Assembly (NCBI GenBank): GCA_002269645.1 | Contig: NIVC01002689.1 | Span: 62,001 to 126,000, forward strand | Length of the DNA: 64,000 nucleotides | From: Macrostomum lignano | Taxonomy: Eukaryota | Reading direction: 5' to 3' | Part shown: positions 54,731-64,000 of the stretch, one piece after another | Layout: the number at the start of each line of letters is the position of its first letter | Numbering within the stretch: position 1 is the stretch's first letter | Translations under genes and position numbers: made by a program | The notes under the pieces: generated by a model | What the model was told of the DNA's origin: nothing | The model's database searches: none | The model's input: only the letters and a program-made list of their open reading frames with translations

Positions 54731-57175
54731 CTACACCCGGTAGAACCACATCTTGCCGCGAATCCTGTTGTAATCTGGTAGGCCTTCGATAGGTCCAAAG
54801 CCGGCAACAACCGGGCAGCGATCGTAGATGTAACGCTGGGCAGCTTGGCTAAGCTCGGCTGGCCGAACCCGAGCGATTCGGTCCTCCAGCTCGGCCATGG
54901 GTATGCGCCTGCCATAGCAGATGATATTACGGCCCAATTCGTCGCAGGCAGCCTGAGTGCCGGCTAGACGCGAGTACATATTAGTCAGGGTGGCATTCTT
55001 AGCACGGACCAAATCGAATTCGCGAACATCCTGCGACAGTTCCATCCAGTCGGTTTGGAAGTCTTTGCTAAAGAAGTTGACAGACTCCTGATTGGCAACG
55101 AAGTGCATGCCCCATAGCGACGTCTCCCGATAGCTGGTTAAGAAGCTATCGTAGGACAGAACTCCGCCGTTGAAGGCATCGTGAGCCTGACGGGCCAGCC
55201 GGGAGGCGATGTTGTTGCCGCCGCTCTGCGCCCGATCCCAGGAGCCGATGTAGGTGGATGCCAGCGATAGCGGAATGATGTCGTCGTCCGCCCAGCCGGG
55301 ACCTTCGACGGCAATGGCGACGTGAGCAAACGGCAGGTGATCGTCACGGTCGAGCAGAGAGGAGCCGGTGAACCTGCGGTATGAATTGAAACAAATATTA
55401 ATACTTTGGTTAGGAAACAGTGCTCCAAAAGTTCCAACCAGTGTTCCAGTCTATCTAGGTTCGCTGAAAATGTAATTGTAGAGTCCACCCAGGGGCGCTT
55501 AAAATGTACTTTTAGTCTTCCCAGGGTCGCCGAAATTGTACTTTAGTCTATTCAGGCTCGCCGAAATTATACTGTAGAATAATTATCCAGGTTCGCCGAA
55601 ATTGTGCGTGTACTTTAGAGTCTATCCAGGGTCGTAAAAATTGTACTTTAGAATATATCTAGGGTCGCCGAAATTGTATCAATACTCAAGAGTCTATCCA
55701 GGGTCTCTGAAAATGTACTGTTAGAGCATATCCGGATCCCTAAAGATGTACTTTTAGTACCCAGGTCGCTGAAAATGTACTTTTGAATTCCACTCAGGGA
55801 ATAGGTAGTTTTAGAGTATATCCAGGGTTGCTGAAATTTTTTGGGGCTATTCGAGGGTCGTCGAAAAATGTTCTCTTAGTGTCTGCCTAACATCTAACAC
55901 TAGTCTCTCCCTTTTACCTAATAGGCTTCATAGTTGGCGCCAGTCTCGCATAGTCGTTAGTCAAACTGCCGAAATGCCGTTTGCATAGATCGGCCAGCTC
56001 GCTGTGAGCCACAGCGCCAGCAGCCGCAACAACCATCCGGTGCGGCTTGAAATTATCCTCGGCGTAGTGCTGAATGTCCGTCTTGGAGATTGAGCGAACG
56101 GAATCGATGGGTCCCAGGACTGGGCGAGACAACGGCGTGCCCTGATAAGCAGCTGAGTGCAGGTAGTCCATGACCACCGTTCGGGGATCGTTCTCAGCCT
56201 CCTGCATCTGGCGAAGGATCTCAACTCGGCCGGACTCGATGGCCTCATCGTTGAAGCTGGCATTGCGGACAACGTCGGCTAGAAGTTCAACAGCCCAGGG
56301 CACGTCCTTGCTGAAGCAGCGAACGCTGTAGGATGTCAGCTCGCGAGTGGTCCGAGCGGTCACCTCGGCGCCTCGAGATTCGATGTCCTTCTCGATGTCC
56401 AGCTGCGACCGGGACTTTGTGCCCTGGATGCAGCGGCAGAGAGGACTTCGAGTGTTTATAAAATCGGCCTAGGCGACGATATGTATCGAAATTAATTTTT
56501 CTTTTGATTTTCTATTGCTACTAAGGGGTGTGATTGTGATTTGATGGGATTGTGAATGCAGATAGGGGCTCCAAACACCTAGGAATGAGGATTGTGATTG
56601 AGGATGAGGGATGCGAACACCCATCTGGGAATTAGGGATGTAAATACTTGGAAATTGGGGATGTGAACACCTGGGATTTGGGATCACGAATTAATATTGT
56701 GGACGACGAACGTGAACGCTATGAAAGATCAAAGATGTAAACCCTGGGAATAGGAATGGTGAATGAGGATCGGGGATGTGAATGCTTAGGAATAGGAATT
56801 GCGAATGAGGATTGTGGATGTGAACGTTAAGGAATTTGGCTATGAATGTTAGGGTTAGGGTTACTTTATATTCAGCTGTTCCCACCTTAAACAGGACGTG
56901 CTCAAGAAAATGAGCAACCCCATTGGTCTCCTCAGTCTCGTAGCGGCTGCCAGCTTCAACCCACACGGACACAGTGCAGGTCGGGGTGTTCCAGTCCTCA
57001 GAGGCAACTCGCAGGCCATTGTCCATGGTGGTGACCTGGGCCTCGGGCACGCGAACAAAGGCGGGCTTTGGTTTGGCAGCGGAGGCGGCAGAAGCGGCGG
57101 CAGTGGCAGTTCTGCTGATGCCACGGATGCCATGCTGGCGCACCTTGACAGGCGTGTGAGAGCGAAATTTTGCGG
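54731..57175 (-). CDS. PMPCB: Mitochondrial processing peptidase beta / cytochrome bc1 Core-1-like M16 family protein; start codon unresolved
   Basis: Exons 57175 (or 57143)-56886, 56423-55918, 55373-54731, phase-consistent. Motifs [46 protein letters not shown]. Could be a UQCRC1-type paralogue (third zinc ligand is Gln; see findings). Confidence 0.85.
55490..55860. repeat. Degenerate about 38-bp repeat, PMPCB-like last intron
   Basis: CCAGGGTCGCCGAAATTGTACTTTAGAGTCTAT-type units, about 9 copies. Confidence 0.8.
56540..56830. repeat. Degenerate about 20-bp repeat, PMPCB-like intron 56424-56885
   Basis: Recurrent GAATGAGGAT / GGGATGTGAA motifs. Confidence 0.65.
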
Positions 57176-57198
57176 CTGATTACACCAGACTACTTGTT

Positions 57199-57205
57199 AG
57201 TAATG
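57199..57205 (-). promoter_or_regulatory. Consensus branch point TACTAAC upstream of the 57176 acceptor (position approximate)
   Basis: Minus strand reads CATTACTAACAAGTAGTCTGGTGTAATCAG|CC. Confidence 0.55.
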
Positions 57206-57729
57206 TTTGTAGAAATTTAACAAAGCTAAAATATTTAAAATATAAATGACATATATGTAGTAATATAAATTGCATTATTTTACATTATTTTACATTATAT
57301 TAACTATTATATATACTATATTAAGACCTACTATTACTGGCCTTTGAATTTTTTTAAAAGCATGAAAAAAAACTCAAATGTTGAATTTAAACTGTCTTGA
57401 GTTGAAGGCATAACATTTTAAAATTAGTCATTTAGTGGTCTAATCTTATTAAAGAAAGAATTTGTAGCTCGTATAAGTAAAGCAGAATTCAGTATCATTT
57501 TTGTTACCTCATCATATACTGTTGCTTACAAGGGGTTTTCCTTTATATTGAGATTATTTAAGTATATATAAAATGGCTTCAATATTTTTAATGGTAAACT
57601 AGGCTTACTAAAACAGTAAAAATCACCCAGAAAGCTAATAAATTAATAGATTGATTTATTCAAATGATTACTTTATTTTTGTATACCAAAATTCAGTTTA
57701 TCATATAAATAGGAATTTTCTTACTAAAA

Positions 57730-58330
57730 ACACACTGAAACAATTTTTTGGATGAAATTCTGTTCACAGCTTTCACTACCACAGCCATGACTTCTGACAA
57801 AGTAGCTGCCATGGCACAAAGAGCTTCTTGGTGAATGATACAGTGCAGCTTTCAGATGTTGTGCTGGTCTATGGCATCACTACACTTTTTCATGAAGAGT
57901 GAAATGGCACCCCTAACTTCACCAACCATGGCTGGCTGGCGCTCTATCAGTAGTGATAGAACATAATTGCTTCAGATCTAAACCAGCTGTCTTGAGGCAG
58001 GCCAAAGTAGAGTTGCAGATATCTTTGCCAGTTGTTGTACCTTGCATGGGAACAAGCTAAGAGGTGTCCTTTGAATCTGTTGACTCAGCAATTGCGATAG
58101 AGAAAACTTTAAAAATCAGTTCATGTGGTCATGCAAAGATGAACAAACGTCTGTGGTCATTTTTCCTCTATTGTTCATGATACAGTGTCGGCAGATAGAC
58201 TGACTAAAGAGAATAAATCGTTGAGCAGGGCAGAAAACATCAGCAACAGTCAGAAGATACTCTTTCACAAATTCACCTAGTAAGCCTAGTAACTGCCACC
58301 TGGTGCAAGGTATCATCCATACTGGGGTAC
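57730..58330 (-). pseudogene. Fossil hAT (Buster/SPIN/GTF2IRD2-like) transposase
   Basis: Fragments GEFVKEYLLTVADVFCP, FSIAIAESTDSKDT*, VPMQGTTTGKDIC..SITTDRAPA, LHCIIHQEALCA..VMAVVVKAVN, with stops and frameshifts. A hAT-like end GGTTGCCAACTCCTA at 59157-59171 may belong to it. Confidence 0.8.
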
Positions 58331-59478
58331 TTTGAAGAGCCATGAGTTGTCTTCCAGTATTGGCAAATGTTATTTTCCTTGAAGATGGCCACTGTTGATA
58401 AGCAAATCAGGCACTGTGCTTTGCCATGTCTTTTAATAGAAAAGTACTGCTATGTCTATCTTATATTAAAGGCGCAGTTTTCTGAATCCAATTTGCATTC
58501 CTTGCTTGCTAGTGGCTTAATAGATTATATTGAGCTTGACATAGCTTTTACATAGCACGCAAGAAAATAGTAAATGATTTCAGTTTGAAAGATAGCAGAT
58601 AGTATAAGTAATCACTAGATTGTTTCAATTATATTTTTCTAGCATTTGTCTAAATTTAAACAAGTGTAGTGTGAGTATTGTTATATTATATTCCATTAGG
58701 CCACAGCCTAACAACATAAGCAATGGTTTTTTAAGTGGGAAAGAAAAATGTACATACTAAAGAACAATTGTTGAACAAAAGTTTAATGTACATTTGTTCC
58801 ATTTCACTGTACTGTCAGCCTTATCAATTTATACTCCACCTTGTCATTGGCTAGAACCACCACCTACTTTCCTTTGCCAGTTCCTTTACACTTGTATTAT
58901 TTAGTAGTTTGAACTGATATGCTGTCTAGTCTAGAACTTGTAAACAGCCACTCGCGTCTCACTCAGTTTGTCTTATTACTCATTTGTCCTTGATATTGAC
59001 AAGGGAAGGAATCCCCCATTTCAATGCACAAAAATTTTATAGGCCAAATAATAGAATTAATATAATGGTGTAGGCCGGATTATAATAATAAAGATATAGG
59101 AAGTTTGAAGGCCACATAGAAAGTCTTTGCAAGCCAGATCTAGCCTGCAGGCTAGAGGTTGCCAACTCCTAACATAACATAAGTGATCATAAGATAAAAC
59201 CAAAAGATCTTATTGGTTTTGAATTAAAATCACACTAATAGTAAAATTGTACTAGAGATTGTATTTGAAATTTATCAGTATATTAATTAGGAAATTATTG
59301 GTATATTAATCAAAATGGACATCCTGCTGTTTTGTCTTGGCTATATTGACATTTTGCACAAGCAAGAATTGGACATTTATATCCCCTTAGGCCTAGTGAA
59401 ATGGAAGCATTTTATATTGAGTGGGGATATATATTATATTGAGAAGCAAATACCATAATTAATAATTTTGTTCTCAAC

Positions 59479-59972
59479 CCATAGTGTAGATCATGTAGTG
59501 CACGCAAGAATTTTCCCGCGTGCATTTTCAAAAGTGGCGTGCACCAATGTGCGATTAGGTAAGTGGCATGCATAATGCACACTATATAAATACACTGGCG
59601 TGCCTAGCATGCGCCGCATGCCGCGTGCCTGGCACCTGATGTGGCAAAGCTGCCAATGCAATGGTAAGCAGACATAAAATACATATTATTGTATTTAACT
59701 TTTGAAAAAAAACTATTGTAAATAAACAGTGTATAAGACCTTGTTAAATAAATTAATGTATGAGAAATACATGTTTTAAAAGATATATCATTTCTTTTGT
59801 ACATCGTTTATTGCTTTGTTTTACACAATGCAATTTAAAATACATTTTTTGTCTTCAATTTGAATTTTAATTTATCGGCGTGCATCGGCGTGCATTTGCT
59901 TGTTGTCAGTGTGCTTTTGGGAATTAGCTTTGGGTCATTTCTTGCGTGCACTTAGCATGATCCACACTATGG
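59479..59972. mobile_element. 494-bp MITE with about 33-bp TIRs and a perfect 8-bp TSD
   Basis: Left CCATAGTGTAGATCATGTAGTGCACGCAAGAA; right TTCTTGCGTGCACTTAGCATGATCCACACTATGG. TSD TTCTCAAC at 59471-59478 and 59973-59980. Confidence 0.88.
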
Positions 59973-61613
59973 TTCTCAACTATGTGTCTATCATTGATAG
60001 AGTTAGAGATATAGGCCTACTATTTGACATAGACTAGAGTAGACTTTATGTCCATAAAATGTCAAAATGAATACTATCATTATCAAATGGTGAATTTGAA
60101 ACCATACCAATCTATTCAATGTCATGAACAATCTCACTAATACAATTTTTCTATTGGTGTGGTCATAATTTGAAACCTATAAGCATTTTCAGTTTTGTCT
60201 TACAATTACCTACATATAAAATTTCCATATTTAAATGATCGTGTAACAAAAGTGAATATAAGCTACACTTCCATAACTTTCTATGCTCTAGGTTTCAATG
60301 AAAATTGCAGTGATGATTTGAAATTATTTGAAAAGTGAGTACAATGTAAAATGTGAAGCATAATTTTTTGATATACTGGATTGGAGTGTATTTGACTCTT
60401 TAACGGGGACCGTGAAACGAAACTTGATCTGCTCGGGGATCGTCTAACGAAAGAATGCCATAATAACTACAAATACCTATTACCTGAATTGTAACATAAA
60501 GACTGTTTATATAATAATTATAGACTATAATCGCAGTTCAAAACAACACTAAGCCAATTTAAAGGTAGATTTAATATCATTGACTTACTGCTTTTAAGCA
60601 AAGGGACGAAAGTCGGTGTCTTAGTGCTAGCATTTTGTTTTGAAGTTATATTTGTAAGGAATATAGTCTACAACAAATTAGACAATAGCAGTCTGACTAG
60701 TCAGAAGTCAGTCAGTTAATAATGTTCGTAACGTTTTTGTAAGAAATGTTCTTGGAAATTAAGCTTGAACTATAGACTTGTAGTTATTGATATAACAAAA
60801 TATTTCATAGAAAAAATAACGATTTTTTATAAAACACCCTTGAATAAAGTTTGCTAGTTTATAACAGATAAATGTAGTTTAATAATCAATCTTTAAAAAT
60901 TAAAAGATATGTATGATGTAATGTCATTTTTATCCGAATTCAAATTACGACCATGTTGTTCATGACATTTATTGTCGTATATATATAAGTAGTATATAAA
61001 TGAACGTCGGTGATGGTCAGTTGACAGTTAGTGAGTCGTGACAGAAAAACTATATTAATTTACATCTCGACTCATATTTAGTTAGTTTATTAAAGAAGTT
61101 GCAAAATAATTATTGATGCATTGATCCCGCAACAACAAAAGCATTGTCACAATTGTCACTTTTCTATTCTAATTCTTTTCGAAAGTTTTTACTGTTTTGC
61201 TTGTTATGTTTTAGTATTATCAAATAAAAAGGCTTCTTCAATCACAAAAAATTAAAATTTAAAATATTTTTAATAGTTTACATAGATGAATAAATGAAAC
61301 TTTTTGAGCCTAGTACAGATTATCAAAATAATTTTTTATATTTTTTCATTAGGCCTACTAATTTAGTAATAGATAATTTAAACTTTAGCACTAGTGGAGA
61401 TAGTGTACTTTGTGAGAATATTATTTGTTATTTAATGATTTTGTTATTATTTTTTTGCCATTTTGCTATGGAAAATACATAAAGTCAGACCAGTTTATTG
61501 TAAGATATGTAATAGGTCAAAGTAATAAGATATAACTACAAAACTGGCTTGGCCTAATAGAGAAGTTGACACAGCTTGCATCCATTAAGTTTAACCTAGC
61601 TTTAATTAGTAAA

Positions 61614-61795
61614 CCAATCAGAAATGGCTTGAACCTTCCAAGGGCATGTGGCATGATTGCAAACCAAAATCTAGCTAGCTAGGCCCTAGAAGTGCACCTT
61701 AGCCCATAGGTCTAGTGCAAATAAGATTATAGACTAGCAAGTGAGCCCCCCCCCCATTAACTGGTTTGAAAGGGGGTGACTGGCTATAAATAAAG
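61614..61795 (+). promoter_or_regulatory. Possible CCAAT + TATA promoter of the oxidoreductase gene
   Basis: AACCAATCAG near 61614 and TATAAATAA at 61785, about 390 nt upstream of ATG 62176. Motif presence only. Confidence 0.3.
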
Positions 61796-62175
61796 CTGCA
61801 TTTTTGTTATCTGAATTTTACCCTTCTCTTCCTTTTACTTCTTACTAGTCTTCACTTGTTCATCTTCTCGTAAATATTGTTAGTAGGAAGTGCAATCAAT
61901 CTATATAGAAGCTCACCAAACTATTTTTATCTCACAAATATTATATTTGATTTCTAAGTTATAAATGTTATCAAATAAAAGTGCTTCTTTAAATATAAAA
62001 TTTTATAATTAAACTTTTTTTTCATAAATTTTCATATGTTATTCTATTTTTTTGCATTTGAAATAAGTAGTTTAAACTCTAGCACTAGTGGAGATAGATA
62101 AATACTTATATATTCTTTGTGTTTAGTTTTGTTAGTCAATACTTGTATTACTTCATTCAATTATTTGCATGCAAA

Positions 62176-62917
62176 ATGAGTTTTCTAGGCCTATTTAAAC
62201 ATAAAAAATCATCTACTACTACCAAGGCCAAGGACAAAGTGCAGGAGCCTACAACAAGCCATTCCAAGACTGATTTGGCACTTTCAGAACCAGCTACAAC
62301 CAGGCAAACTTGGAAATCTGGCCCAATCACTGCTATTGTGATTGGCTGTGGCCAAAGAGGTCGGTGTTACTCAGAGTATGCCTTAATTCGACCAAATGAG
62401 CTGCAGATTGTGGCTGCAGCTGATCCAAGGTATGCAAATTATTTGCTATTAACAAGTATCTAGACTCGCTTTTCAATCAATATATTTGTAGATCTATACT
62501 TTAACATTGTCACAGAGCTACAGCTCGAAGCTACATGAGTCGCACATTTGGCCTAGCCAATGATGCAGTCTTTGAGCATTGGCAGCCGCTGATTGAGAAA
62601 GGCCGCATAGCTGATGCTGCTATCATCTGTACTCAGGATCAGCAGCATCTGGAGCCATGCCAGGTGAGTTTTGTAGATGCGTGTATGCACTAACTACGGC
62701 CGAATTTCAGATTTACACACTAGTAAAATATTATCGCATTGCAGGCCTGCAAACGCTTAGGATGTCACGTACTACTCGAGAAGCCCATGGCTTGTAACCC
62801 GCTGGACTGCGCTCGCCTTGTGCATAGGGAGTGGCTGAGCGAGGCCGATCAGCTGATGGTTATTTGTCACGTGCTGCGCTACTTGCCTGCTGTGCGAAAA
62901 ATTCACCAATTTATCAG
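62176..62917 (+). CDS. Gfo/Idh/MocA family NAD(P)-dependent oxidoreductase, first 3 exons; gene continues beyond the window
   Basis: Exons 62176-62429, 62516-62663, 62745-62917, phase-consistent. Rossmann AIVIGCGQRG, ADAAIICTQDQQH, HVLLEKPMA (EKP motif), VICHVLRY. Confidence 0.88.
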
Positions 62918-63599
62918 GTTATTTTTATAATGCTCTATCCTTGCTTTCCCATTCATGTTACTGCAATTTGTCATAGGCCATGGTTGCATACCTACCCACA
63001 TCAGCGTCACCCCGTTGGTGAGGCAACAAAGAATGGAATAAATTTTTTTGATTACACTACATGTAGCTCGTTGCTTGCTTCTGACCTTTCAGCCTTGACA
63101 ACTCAGCAATTTCTTTTATGTTTAACATGACGCTTCCTTTATGTTTGATTTTGTCTTGTTTGATTCTCTTCTTAATTCCATTCTTCTATGACTCTTCTCA
63201 CGTTCTATGCTACTCGTAGTCCTGTAATTTCTTTTGGTAAATAATTTGTTTGCACTGTCTCCTGCAAGCTTTTGCATGTTGAATTTCTGTTATCAGCAGA
63301 GTACTGACACGACCGAGTGTGACGTGTTGGTGTTGGAAAATTAAAATTAAATATTTAACTTTATAAGCATTCAGTGCCTAATTCAGTGTTTATTAGGTAA
63401 GAATTTCTCTAAATTTAGCTTAAATGTATTATGCAATGTCAAAAACTACCACAAGTGCGTACTAGACTATTGCAGACATCGTGCAGGCGAACTGCATTCA
63501 CGTACAGCTGTTGTGAATAGCAAGCAGTTTTATTATTAGTCTGCTGTCAGTTCTTTGCTAGTCCTCTTACTCATAGTAGCTGACATGCAGCTTTGCTCG

Positions 63600-63633
63600 C
63601 GACAGACGGACAGACAGGCAGATAGACAGACAG

Positions 63634-63688
<55 letters not shown>

Positions 63689-63722
63689 GCAGACAGACAG
63701 ACAGACAGAGACACAGACAGAC

Positions 63723-63753
<31 letters not shown>

Positions 63754-63801
63754 CAGACAGACAGCAGACAGACACAGACAGACACAGACAGACAGACAGA
63801 C

Positions 63802-63858
<57 letters not shown>

Positions 63859-63924
63859 AAGACAGACACAGACAGACAGACAGCAGACAGACACACACAC
63901 AGACAGACAGACAGACAGACAGAC

Positions 63925-63958
<34 letters not shown>

Positions 63959-63980
63959 GAGCAAAAAGCAGACAGACATC
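63600..63980. repeat. (GACA)n microsatellite with GACACA/GCA interruptions, oxidoreductase intron
   Basis: About 380 bp of GACA tetramers. Confidence 0.97.
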
Positions 63981-64000
63981 CGCCGCCCCTACCGCAGGTC

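Noticed and set aside
56861-57133. ATG 57133 ([13 protein letters not shown]...) as the start of the MPP-beta-like protein
   Set aside because: It is out of frame with the conserved peptidase sequence; usable only if there is an assembly indel.
53040-59171. TAGGAGTTG at 53040 pairing with the hAT-like end at 59171 to form a 6-kb element capturing PMPCB
   Set aside because: The match is only about 9 bp, no TSD was found, and it is easily a chance hit in AT-rich DNA.
61560-61900. Solo LTR (CCAAT, TATA and AATAAA close together)
   Set aside because: No TG...CA termini with a TSD and no PBS, PPT or gag-pol remnants found.
4-63979. Many long ORFs with periodic translations (e.g. 27280-28440, 32240-33091, 36081-37629, 21795-23342, 63536-63979)
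   Set aside because: They are stop-free frames of tandem arrays, open in several frames at once, and lie inside introns or spacers; no evidence they are genes.

Overview
Eukaryotic (animal) gene-dense genomic DNA. The style (Ala/Ser/Gln-rich proteins, introns filled with minisatellites) most resembles the flatworm Macrostomum; this is an inference, not a database match. I built eight spliced genes by hand, with GT-AG junctions and reading phase checked at every intron. Plus strand: last exon of EIF4A3, NBAS (14 exons, about 2590 aa), SNRNP40, PPCDC, and the 5' part of a Gfo/Idh/MocA oxidoreductase. Minus strand: a TTC28-like TPR+CHAT gene (18 exons, about 1757 aa), a C11orf65/MFI homologue, and an MPP-beta/Core-1 M16 peptidase. 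About 35 different tandem arrays (mostly 12-50 bp units, roughly a third of the window) sit mostly one per intron. There are also a CORE-type SINE, three MITEs, and fossil CMC/EnSpm and hAT transposases. Main leads: (1) nearly every large intron has its own private minisatellite, and one array family is also carried inside a hAT MITE; (2) the MPP-beta gene has no in-frame ATG ahead of its presequence and may take its start codon from a spliced-leader AUG; (3) the same protein keeps HXXEH but has Gln at the third zinc ligand; (4) a possible operon-like EIF4A3-NBAS-SNRNP40-PPCDC run; (5) inverted sister arrays flanking the last two TTC28-like exons. Family assignments come from my recall of homologue sequences, not from searches.
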